Assembly (NCBI RefSeq): GCF_001194135.2
Contig: NC_068982.1
Span: 29,225,853-29,289,852, forward strand
Reading direction: 5' to 3'
Origin: Octopus bimaculoides
Lineage: Eukaryota
Length of the DNA: 64,000 nt
The translations under genes were made by a program, and so were the position numbers. The notes below the pieces were generated by a model. That model made no database searches, was not told the origin of the DNA, and was given only the letters and a program-made list of their open reading frames with translations. Positions 52,277 through 64,000 of this stretch are shown in pieces (the first letter of the stretch is position 1; every line of letters starts with the position of its first letter).

Positions 52277-52630
52277 ATTTAAAATTACTGATTCTTTGGT
52301 CACTAATATATGTTTGTTGACCATACTAATTCTTGCTCCGATTTCCCTCTCACTTCTCCCATCCTCTGTTAGTAAGCTTCCAATGTATTGTCGAATCTGC
52401 TCTGGTTGATTCCCATTGATGTTGATTTGCAGATTCTCTGCTCTGTTCTTTCCAATTTTCATTACTTTGGTCTTTCTTCTTCTGGTTCATTCTCATCTTG
52501 TATTCCTCACCTACTTCAATCAGACTTGTCATGATGGCCTAGCAAGCCATCTGCTGGCATTGCCTGGTTGTCTGAAAATCTTACTGTTTCTATCAGATGT
52601 CCATCAACCTGGACATCTTCTGTCACCTGG
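52277..52630 (-). mobile_element. RTE-clade LINE ORF2 fragment (late RT region), inverted 5' part of an insertion
   Basis: Translates with frameshifts to GHLIETVRFSDNQAM...EYKMRMN..KTKVMKIG...YIGSLLTEDGRSEREIGARISM, i.e. the FADD/YLGS region of an RTE reverse transcriptase. Confidence 0.85.
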
Positions 52631-52639
52631 AACATCACC

Positions 52640-53047
52640 TGACAAAAAAGCTGGTGAAAACCCTAGTACGGAGTGTGCTCTTCTGTAACTCAGAAACATG
52701 GACCATCGAGAAGCCTGATGCTAGGAGACTGGAAAGTTGTGAGATGTGGTTCTGAGTTGAATGGAGGAGATCTAATGGAGGGACTAGATGAGCAACAAAG
52801 AGGATGGATATCATCTGAGAAAGAAAGCATGATGGATAGGACATTTTATGAGGTCAGAGACACTTCTGTGCACAGTGATAGAGGCAAGAAAACAGGGGAA
52901 GAAACTGAGAGGGAGAAAGCAAACAATGATGATGGATATTAGGCAGAGAAAGTTATATAAGTCAATGAAGAGGACAGCACAGATTAGAGGGTGCTGGAGA
53001 AGTTTCACAAGCACAGGACTTAGCCAAGGGCAGACTAATTGAGAGAG
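52640..53047 (+). mobile_element. RTE-clade LINE ORF2 3' end, non-inverted part of the same insertion
   Basis: KKLVKTLVRSVLFCNSETWT...RRLESCEMW...GHFMRSETLLCTVIEARKQGKKLRGRK, then a short (GA)n tail. Confidence 0.85.
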
Positions 53048-54394
53048 AATATGATATAAGGTGAAAGTGCATAGCTTGGTGGCAAGGGTATTGCCCTTAC
53101 AATTGAAAGATCATGGTTCTGATTCTCAGACCAGTGGGGTACATTGTGTTCTTTAGCAGAACACATCATTACGCATTGCTCCAGTTCACTCAGCTGTAAA
53201 TGACTTCCAGAAAAAGCTGGGAAGCCAACTCTGTGAAGGACTAGTGTCACATTCAGTGCTGTTGAGGTTGTAATCTCAGTGACTCATAAGCCATGGAAAT
53301 TGGGTCAAGCTACATCCTTATGAGTTCAAGGGCTCATAAAGACCCAAGTTATTGTAATATGATATTAAATACTCTTTAAGTTGTGAGCTGGCAGATTCGT
53401 TAGCACGCCGGGCAAAATGCTTAGTGGCATTTCATTCATCTTTATGTTCTCTGTTCAAATTCCATTGAGGTCGACTTGGCTTTCCATCCTTTTGGGGTCA
53501 ATAAAATAAGTACCAGTCGAACACTGGGGTTGATGTAATTGACTTACCCAGTTCCTCGAAATTGCTGGTCTCGTGCCAAAATCTAAAACCAATATTATTT
53601 ACCTACGCACAGCACAGAGCAGGCAGAATTGTCAGCATGCCAGGCAAAATACTTAGTAGCATCTCACCTATCTCTACATTCACAGTTCAAATTCTGCCAA
53701 GGTTGACTTTGCCTTTCAGGGTTGATAAATGGATGTAATCGACTTAACCCCCACCTCTGAAATTGCTTCCCAGCTTTTTCTATAAGTCATTTACAGCTAA
53801 ATGAACTGGAGCAATGTGTAATGGTGTGTTCTGCTAAAGAACACAATGTAACCCACTGGTCTGGGAATCAGAACCATGATCCTTCAGTTGTAAGAGCAAT
53901 ACCCTAACCACTAAGATATGCACTTTCACAATATATCATATAATTAGTATCATAGTGTTAGCATTATATAGCTAATGTTAAAGTTGTTTGTACTATGTTC
54001 TTAACAATGTTATTCTAAGAACAATAACAAAAGTTATTGTTGCTTAGATCATCACTTCATTAATTATGAAATTATTTATGAAGCTGATTTCTTACAAAAC
54101 TGAAAGTCAAGAAATTGAATTCCAAGCTACACCACATGAAGAGAATCCTGTTCATAGATGTTACATGTTGCCTTTATGAATGAAGCCAATAATACGTGAG
54201 TGTGTATGTTTTGTGTGTACGTAGTGTATATATATGTGTGTACACACACATATATATATAAGCTGTTGTTAGAGCTCAATGTAGCTCTGTGGCTCACCAG
54301 ATCCTGTCAAACCATTCAAGCCATGCTGCCATGGAAAACAGACACTGAAAGATGATGATATATGTATATATATATATATATGATGATGATGATG

Positions 54395-54444
<50 letters not shown>

Positions 54445-55404
54445 ATATATATATATATATATTATATATATGTGTGTGTGTGTGTATACAGATATACACA
54501 AATATATGAATGTATACACCTACACATACACATTAACAATACCCAATCTTCTGTGGTATTTGCTCTGAGTGTTTTATTTCCTCCTGATTTATTATGCCAA
54601 TCAGCAGTTTTATAGCCAACCTATTATTTGTATATGCATTTCGCAATGATAACTTATGACAACATAATCATCATCATCATCGTCATCACAACAATAACTA
54701 CCACTGCATTACTCACTATTGCTTATAGGTTCAGCAACAGGCATTAAGTCCAGCCTCCTTTTGACATTATCATCAACCTACACAAATCCCACTCAATTCC
54801 AGATGGTGATATTTTGATTTAAAATGTTTAAACTATTGCATTATATTTATAGAATCAATAACATATTTTCAACCCCTGTCAACGAAATTTTAGGAAAATT
54901 TTCCCGGATTTAATATAAACATACGTATGTATACACACTTTTACCCTCACACATAACAACTCACACACGCAGAATGTAAACAATAACATGGACCGAAGTT
55001 AACTTGTAGTAGATGATTAATTATTAAATATAAAAAGTTTTTTTTTTCTGTGAATGAAAATGACGGCAATCAATTTCTGTTATCTTATCTATACCATACA
55101 AATGATAACTTTCAAACTATGATATTGTAAATGACAAATATTAGTCAGTCTTTATAGGGATTTCTTTATGTAATAAAAAAGATATTTTCCGTGATAATGG
55201 TGGGAGCTGGGGTGGTGGTGCAGTTAATTACTTATTCTCTCATCAATTGAAATAGCAGTATTAATAGTTATATACACTAGTCCTTACCATATTACTTGAA
55301 GAAAGAAATAAGGTTAAGAAATTAGAAATATAAAGAATTGGTTAATATTTAAAAGTAACAAGTTTGGTCCAAAACAAGAACATAATAATAACAATAATTA
55401 TTAT

Positions 55405-55875
55405 AATGGTTTCAAATTTTGCCACAAGGACAGCAATTTTGGGGAAGGTGCTGAGTTGATTAAATCGATCCCAGTGCTTAACTGGTACTTCTTTTATTGA
55501 CACCGAAAGAATGAAAGGTAAAGCCGACCTCAGCGGAGTTTGAACTCAGAATGTAGCAACGGGCGGAATACCGCTAAACATTTCGTCTGGTTCGCTAACG
55601 ATTCTGCCAACTCGCTACCTTAATAATAATAATAGTAATAATAACAATGATGATGATAATAATTCTCTCTACTATAAGCACAAGACTTGAAATTTTGGGA
55701 TGGTGTAGTACTTGATTACATTAACCCACATCAATCAACTAATACTTATTTTACTGACCCCGAAAGAAGGAAAAACAAAGATGACCTCAGTGGAATTTGA
55801 ACTCAGAACATAAAGCCGAAAGAAATGCCGCTAGCATTTTGTCCAGTGTGCTAACAATTCTGCCAGCTCACCACC

Positions 55876-55916
<41 letters not shown>

Positions 55917-56257
55917 AATCCTTTCTACTATCGGCACAAGACCTGAAACTTTGCAGGGAGGGGACTAGTCAATTATATCAACCCCAACGATTCACTGGTA
56001 CTTAATTTATCGACCCCCGAAAGGATAAAAAGCAAAGTCAATCTCGGTGGAATTTGAACTCAGACCATAAAGACAGAAGAAATAACACTAAGCATTTCAC
56101 CCGGCGTGCTAACGATTCTGCCAGCCTCACTATTTTAATAATAATAATAATATTTGGGGGAGGGGGCAAGTCGATTAGATCGACCTCAGTACGCAACTGG
56201 TACTTAATTTATCGACTCCGAAAGGATGAAATGCGAAGTCGACCGTCGACCTCGGCG

Positions 56258-56260
<3 letters not shown>
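55405..56260 (-). mobile_element. Second head-to-tail array of four family-3 SINE copies. Single copies at about 468-700(-), 7122-7245(-), 26755-26905(-), 30062-30270(-), 53390-53600(+), 53620-53765(+)
   Basis: Same unit, separated by (AAT)n or (GAT)n. Confidence 0.85.
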
Positions 56261-56296
<36 letters not shown>

Positions 56297-56298
56297 TG

Positions 56299-56356
<58 letters not shown>
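56259..56356. repeat. (AAT)n microsatellite
   Basis: Read directly from the sequence. Confidence 0.95.
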
Positions 56357-56358
<2 letters not shown>

Positions 56359-57365
56359 CACTATTACTAACTAAACAAATTCTTATAAATGATAAAAATC
56401 GTTAATTTTCTAGCTTATTAAGTTTTTAATATTAAAAAGTAACTTGCTGGCCTTGTGCCAAAATTTGAAAGAATTGTCCAAAAGTAACTTTTAGAAAATA
56501 CAATCTGTTAAACATTACCAAGTTAAAAGATTGGTAACTAATTGTAAAGAAGCAATTTAGTTGGTTTATAATAACTCAAATCCAATCACTTGCATTATTT
56601 ATATATCCTAAAATTTCACCACAGCTAATTTTGTAATTTCTGTCTTATCTGAACCTTTTTCCTAAATTTAATACGTTCCAAAAATGCTTACTTCATACTC
56701 TTTACGTTTTCTATACAACTTCTCATAAATAAATATCAGGAAATCTGCCATTTCTCTACAATTGGTTATCTTTTGCTATCACTAAGAGAAAAAAGATCCA
56801 AAAATACGTCATAGTCCGTGTTTAATGTAACAATAATTAGTTTCGTTATCAATATGTCATCAATAAATATAACAAAGCTATCTTAAATATTCATCGTTGT
56901 AATTACACTCAGTGTAATTCTTACTAACTGATTGCCAAAAATATCATCATAACACATATTTTGACATATCTACTGACTTATACCTTCTAGCATAATATCA
57001 ACATTTTCTTTAAGAAGTTTACATTCTCTAACAACAAAAACAACAACCTGTCCATTTATCTTTCTCGCACTTACCATCTTTTCCATAATACTGCTTAGAT
57101 ATAAATCTACATATTGTAAATTCAAGGTATCAACTTCAAGAAGCTTTCATAAAAATACACTTCCAAATTCTAAATGAAAGAATGTTGGTTCCATGTTGAA
57201 GTGATGAGCAAACAAGCTTGGAGTATTGAAGAGAATTTAGTTTGGTTGCTTCTTAGCAAGACTTGACCTTTCATAGCACCAGAGTCAATGAATCATAAAA
57301 ATATCATATCTGGATATTTGTAGCAGCTAGGACATAACTGATACGTTATTAGGTTTGTAGTTAAT

Positions 57366-57396
<31 letters not shown>

Positions 57397-60300
57397 TCAT
57401 TCACTTTCCCTCCCTCTCCCTTTTTGCTTTCTTTGACAGAATTGATTAAAATAATGGGGCAAACAAAAGAAATTAATAGTTGTACCAAACAAAAAACAAC
57501 AACACTAGTTTGTGGTAGTTATAATACAAGACGTCATCACTAAACACATTGGTAATTAGATGCTTTGGGTCGAATTATTTTCGAAGATATCACAGACTTC
57601 AATCACTGGCTGGAAGTTCAAGTCAAAAGAATGTAGATTCAAACGAGCATATGTTAAATATTCTGATTCTATTATTGTTGTTAGACCGTATATACATACA
57701 AGAAAAATAATACGGAAAATAGTCATACCATTGCTTTCCTTTACCATTTATACAGAGGTTAGGTAATATTTATAAATAATGTTTAGACCCAAAGGCATTA
57801 TGTATGCGTATGGTCGAAGTGGTGGCGGTGAAAGGGAGAAAGAGAAAGAGAGAACGATAGAGAAAAAGAGAGAGAGAGAGAGAAAGTGATGGATAAATAG
57901 AAAAAGAGAATCCCAAGTTAATACAGAAGAAACATACACCGTATAATTTATTTTCGCTTATTAATTACTTGTGACTTTTGAGCTTTACTTGGTGGAATAT
58001 TAAGGGAAGTGTAACCACAGTTTGAGCAATAAAAAATTTAATCTTGGTGTTATCGAAATTTGTCTTCGCAATTCGATTACTCTATAAGTCTCAAATTCAC
58101 CTCTCTCTCTCTCTATCTATCTATCTATATAAAGACTGAGAGAAATAGAAAAATTTCTTTCTTTTCTTTCAGTGAATTGAGGCAAACACATGCAGGTATA
58201 TCTATCGAAGGCTTATATTTATATTCGCACAAACCTCCAGTATTATTACTAAGAGAAAGAATATCAAAAATCAATGCGTACGCAAATATGTGCATGTGCA
58301 CGCACACACGCACGTTCGTACGACAGTGGCAGCGGTGTGTTTGTTTCTGCGAAAGTAGGGAGGCATTGAAAACAGAGAGGCTGACTGCCAATGATGACAA
58401 ATGTATCAATCAACGAAGGGGTAACCAAGTTACATGTGTGTGTATGTATATATATATATATATATATATATAGCCACGGTATTGAATATAGGGCAGCTTT
58501 GTTGATAACAGCAATATTTCCCTTACTGCTGAAGCAACAAAGCACACAGCACATCGGGTCGTAAAGTGAAGAAAGAGAAGAAGAAAAAAGTAATTAAAAT
58601 AGAAAATTTGTAATGCCAAGAAGAAGGAGAGCAAAAGCAAAAAGAGAAAGGATCCGAGACTTGTCGATGAAAGTTGGAGAGAGATTGCACAAACATCCGT
58701 GTGTGTGTTTAACTGTTCATTGTATGTGTATATATGTGTATGTATGTATGTAGTTTGTGAGAAACCGAAATATGGGTAGATAAACCAAAAATAAAAGAAA
58801 GAAATGAAGTAAAAGACATATTACAGAGATCGATCGAAAAGGTAGGAGTAAAGAGAGACGTAAACAGTGAGGGCGTTTTGTACATACTTTTCTTTTTTTC
58901 TCCTTTCTTTCTTTTAAGGAACAAACTGACCTGCAAAATTTTAGATTCCCAAGAATTTCATGCAGAATCAGTATTTCCCTTTGCTCCTTTGTACATTGTT
59001 AACGGAGGAACTATCTTGCTTCCTTACATCCTGGTTCCCATCCATATTACAATTTCATTCTTAAAATGACATATTTTCCGACACCATTATGTTTGATAGT
59101 GATGGTGGTGGTGGTGGTAGTGGTGGAAATGAAGGTGGTGGTGGTGGTGGTGGTGGTAGTAACGGTGGATGTCAGCAGTGCCGGGATATGGTGCTTGTGC
59201 TGCTGGTGACGACGATGCTTAGTGGTGCCGGGACATGACTGTGGTTTGTGATAATCATTCGAAGGTGTGAGTGAGCTAGAGTGTCAATATTTCGCAAGGT
59301 TTATTATTATTATTCCATTGTAACCGAAATCTTGTATTAAGATATCTTTTGGCACAAGAAAATGGAGAGTGTTAGAATATCTGAGAAATACCATCTGCTT
59401 TCCCATCTTTGTACGTCATTGTGGTCGTCTTCTTTCATCTTATCGTCGTCACCCAACAACTTAATTAGAACCATATTTTTAATTAACAGAATTAAAATTT
59501 ATTTAAGTAATCGATGAAGAAAAGAAGAAACAGAAATATCTTAAGACACCTGACTGGTAACGATAAAAATCTAAAACAAAATAATTAAGAAAAGAGTCGA
59601 GCAAAGATGGAGAGTAAGAAATAAAGCGGAAGGGGTTACCAAGATAACTGAAGTTTGAATTACATGAACTAATAACAGAATTTTCCACTTATTTCTGCCA
59701 ATTAAAAATATTAAGAAAAAAGAAATAAGGTGAGAAAATAAAGAAGGCAAAACACTACAAAAAAGAAATCAGTTAATAAGCCAACGACAAACATTAAATA
59801 AATGGTAGCGAAATATTTTTAATAGAAGAATGTCCCTTAGAGACCATCATCGTCTTTCTCTCTGTCTGTCTCTCTCTCGAAGAAATCAAGCCATTATTGA
59901 TCCTCTTACTTCTCTTCACCCTTTCTCTATTTCTTTTACTTTCTCTCTATTTCTTTATCTCTTCCGTCCCTCTCGCTCTGACACTTTTTTCCCTCTTTCC
60001 GTGTCAAGTCATCTTCGGAAAGAGAAGAAATGAAAAAAAACAACAACAACTAAAAAACAGTCAAACTAAAACTGCCTGTGCTGTTTCCAGTAGCACATTG
60101 ATCTAAGAATGGTGGTTTATTTTTAGCTACAGACCACACAGCTGCAGACTTCTGCTTCCTAGGTTTATTTATAGCCAAACACTGGCTGTGAGATAATCGT
60201 TTAGTTCACACACACACACACAAACAAACAAAGCCTGCCTCTTTCTTAATTTAAACATTTAGGTGAAGGTGGAGAGAGAAAGTACGCGGAAGTATCGGTC

Positions 60301-60599
60301 GTAAACAATGTATTTTGAATATAGTTGAATTGATATAAACAATGTTTCTCAGCAACAAAACAAACGGAACGAAGAAAAAAAGACACGTTAATTATTAGAA
60401 CGAGTACTAGTAGCTTTGTTTGTTTCCTTTATCTTTTTCCTTTTTTTTTTCTTACACCTACATCAAAATTAGAAACACATGGACAGCGGAAAAAAATGGT
60501 GTTACTCATTCATTCATAAAAATTATATATTCAAGCGCACCAAGTGGGTTTATGTTCAATTTTGTTTACATTCATTTATATATATATATATATATATAT

Positions 60600-60976
60600 N
60601 NNNNNNNNNNNNNNNNNNNNNNNNNNNNNNNNNNNNNNNNNNNNNNNNNNNNNNNNNNNNNNNNNNNNNNNNNNNNNNNNNNNNNNNNNNNNNNNNNNNN
60701 NNNNNNNNNNNNNNNNNNNNNNNNNNNNNNNNNNNNNNNNNNNNNNNNNNNNNNNNNNNNNNNNNNNNNNNNNNNNNNNNNNNNNNNNNNNNNNNNNNNN
60801 NNNNNNNNNNNNNNNNNNNNNNNNNNNNNNNNNNNNNNNNNNNNNNNNNNNNNNNNNNNNNNNNNNNNNNNNNNNNNNNNNNNNNNNNNNNNNNNNNNNN
60901 NNNNNNNNNNNNNNNNNNNNNNNNNNNNNNNNNNNNNNNNNNNNNNNNNNNNNNNNNNNNNNNNNNNNNNNNNNNN
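60600..60976. other. Assembly gap. Other gaps at 9590-9800, 12948-12957, 13581-14006, 26454-26463, 27849-27882, 36421-36463, 40579-40718
   Basis: N runs, mostly flanked by (TA)n; they generate the spurious X-rich ORFs. Confidence 0.99.
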
Positions 60977-61559
60977 ATATATATATATATATATACGTGC
61001 AACCATCAGAAATGATAAAATAATTTTGAACTTCCGAAAAAGAAACAAAAAAAAATTTAAGCCACACAAAAATACACAACTTTAAAGATTTTAGCAAAAT
61101 ACCTTATAATGTTTATAAACAAAACTAATGTTTTTCAAAAATAAATGACTACCGTAGAGACATCCAGTTTATAATTAGTGAAGATGAGAAGAAATTAGAT
61201 AAAAATTAAAACCTATAAGGTATATTTTCATGTCTTCACAGTAAACTTAATTACAGACTGGATAAATATTAAAAAATATTTTTTCAGCTTTGGCTATAAT
61301 ATGCATAGTATATTCACATATGTACCATACGCAACATAAATATAGATTTTAACTTTAGAGTGATGTCCATATGGAAAAGATCGAAGTTTTATAATAAGAC
61401 AATGCTGAGTCAAAAATAGATTTGTTGTATTCCACAGTTTATATCTTTATTTAGATTTGCTGTATTTTGGTTGTAGCTCATTTTTTTTCTTTTTTCGTAA
61501 TTAAACCTTCTATGCAATATAAAGAAGTTCTTGATGCGAACATCCACACACAAACTCTC

Positions 61560-62310
61560 TTTCTCTCTCACGCACACACATATGTATATATATAGATAGA
61601 TACATACATACATATAAATATATATTCATATCTATTTATATCTTTATATGCATGTATATCTATATTTATATGTATAGATAAATATATATTTATCTCTGTC
61701 TCTCTCACGCACACACACATATGTATATATATAGATACATACATACATACATATAAATATATATTTATATCTTTATATGCACGTATATCTATATTTATAT
61801 ATATAGATAAATATATATTTATCTCCGTCTCTCTCTCCACAAACATATGTATATATATATAGATATATATTCATCTCCGTCTCTCTCACGCACACACACA
61901 TATATATATATATAGATACATACATACATATAAATATATATTCATATCTATTTATATCTTTATATGCACGTATATCTATATTTATATATATAGATAAATA
62001 TATATTTATCTCTGTCTCTCTCACGCACACACACACACATGTATATATATAAATACATACATACATATAAATATATATTCATATCTATTTATATCTTTAT
62101 ATGCATGGATATCTATATTTATATATATAGATAAATATATATTTATCTCCGTCTCTCTCACGCACACAGCATATCTATATATAGAGATACATACATACAT
62201 ATAAATATATATTCATATCTATTTATATCTTTATATGCATGTATATCTATATTTATATATATATAGATAAATATATATTTATCTCCCTCTCTCTCTCCAC
62301 ACACACATAC
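61560..62310. repeat. Minisatellite of ~135-bp units built from microsatellite pieces (about six copies)
   Basis: tctctctcacgcacacac...atatctttatatgca.gtatatctatatttatat..atagataaatatatatttatctc recurs near 61563, 61700, 61880, 62017, 62152, 62290. Confidence 0.9.
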
Positions 62311-62404
62311 ATATATGTCTAGTCATGGAAATCCTTGTGTGGTTATATTTAAAGAGCAATATCTAATATTAAGTCGAAATGAAAATATCTATTATTAGCG
62401 TTCA

Positions 62405-62443
<39 letters not shown>

Positions 62444-63445
62444 TATTATTATTATCATTATTATTATAAAAACATAAAGAGATAAACAGAGAAAGAGGAG
62501 AACTTGGATGTAGGACGAACCCCTACCTTAGATTAGGCTGGAAAATATAAAATGATAGCCGCATTGTAAGACAAGAAAAAAAAAGCACAAGGCCTGAATC
62601 CTTTGGATATATATACATACGCACACATACACGTATATTTATATATAAATGTGTATGCGTGTGTATGATTGTGTGCGCGCGCGCGTGTGTGAGTGTTACA
62701 TGACAAACTGAAGTGATTTGTTTATAATTTGAGTTTGTCGACATTCAGTGGGCGAAAAATGATGACCAGATGGACTGATAAATATAAAATACGACCATCT
62801 CCACAACAAAAACAACAGCAGATGCTGAGTAAGAAGGCAGAAACGTTTGTGAAAATGTAGAGAGAAATGTAGGATGTATGGTAAAAACAAAACAAAAAAT
62901 CTTCAGTTCAGTGCCAGTACGAAACTGCTTTGGACAGAAACAGACATTATACACTGCTGGTATAAATAACTCTAACACGTGCAGAGGTTTATATTTAGAA
63001 AGTGAAAATGAAAGAAGTTAAATCGCTTAACTAGCCTAGCCGAATCTAACCTAATCTAGTCTAGTCAGCCTAGCATAGCCATTTTGTGCTTGCGAATTAA
63101 ACTATGGGTGGAAAAGATTGATTAACTGATAAATGGTAAACAAACAGAGGAGGCCTGTTTTTTTATTTATTTTTATTATGTGGATGTTGATAAAACGGCT
63201 TGATGGCCACAAAGACAAATAATAATAATGATGAAAATAGATAATTTGAGCTATGAGTAGGCTATACAGGGAAAAGGAATCAGAGCCAATATATAAATGC
63301 ATACGATAAGATCTATCTAATTGGGTAATATGTATAGAGTAAATTGTATGTGTATATATGTACGTGTGTATAAATATATATATTTATATATTTACAAGTT
63401 TAGTGATGCATACAGGAAAAATAGTGCTCAAAAACATGAATGTGT

Positions 63446-63492
<47 letters not shown>

Positions 63493-63504
63493 CCTTTTAT
63501 TTTT

Positions 63505-63961
63505 TTTTTACTTGTTTCAGTCATTTGAGTGCGGCCATGCTAGAGCACCTCCTTTACTCGAACAAATCGACCCCAGGACTTATTGTTTGTAAGCCTAGTA
63601 CTTATTCTATCGGCCTCTTTTGCCGAACCTCTGGGGTTACGGGCAAGTAATCACACTGACTTTGAGGAGATAAATACATACATACATGCATACATACATA
63701 CATACATGCATACATACATGCATTCATACATACATACATACATACATACATACATACATACATACATACATACGTACATATACATACATACATATATATA
63801 CGACGAGCTTCTTTCAGTTTCCCTCTACCAAATCCACTCACAAGGCTTTGGTTGGTCCAAGGCTATAGTAGAAGACACGTGCATAAGGTGCCATGCAGTG
63901 GGACTGAACCCTGAACCATGTGGTTGGTAATCAAGCCTCTTACCACGCAGTCACTCCAGCG

Positions 63962-63963
<2 letters not shown>
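63505..63963 (-). mobile_element. SINE family 1, full length, with (CATA)n expansion
   Basis: Reverse complement of the 33017 copy. Confidence 0.9.

Positions 63964-64000
<37 letters not shown>

Noticed and set aside
50740-56260. Regularly spaced repeats superficially like a CRISPR array
   Set aside because: The units are ~230-bp tRNA-derived SINEs separated by microsatellites in eukaryotic DNA; no short repeat-spacer structure and no cas genes.
57121-57340. Possible mariner transposase fossil
   Set aside because: Only a faint WVP/DE-like resemblance across several frameshifts; not supportable by eye.

Overview
AT-rich, repeat-dense animal genomic DNA. The SINE/LINE content, microsatellites and intron sizes look like an octopus or other coleoid cephalopod (inference). 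The only protein-coding gene I can support is a RasGRF1/2-type Ras guanine-nucleotide exchange factor on the minus strand. Four in-phase exons (30845-30700, 9414-9336, 5710-5514, 3358-3276) encode its second PH domain and the linker toward the REM domain. The flanking exons lie outside the window or in N gaps. The rest is intronic: three tRNA-derived SINE families, RTE- and CR1-clade LINE fragments, piggyBac-like and Tc2-like MITEs, a probable solo LTR, several foldback structures and simple repeats. The top finding is a complete hammerhead-ribozyme core (42676-42615, on the RasGRF sense strand) whose three strands occur in non-circularly permuted order inside a young CpG-rich repeat. Also notable: a ~170-bp-arm foldback next to a coding exon whose loop holds a degenerate hammerhead core, a twin-priming-type 5'-inverted RTE insertion, and an LTR-like antisense promoter with a candidate spliced 37-aa micropeptide. 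Repeat boundaries were set by eye and are approximate; no database search was run.
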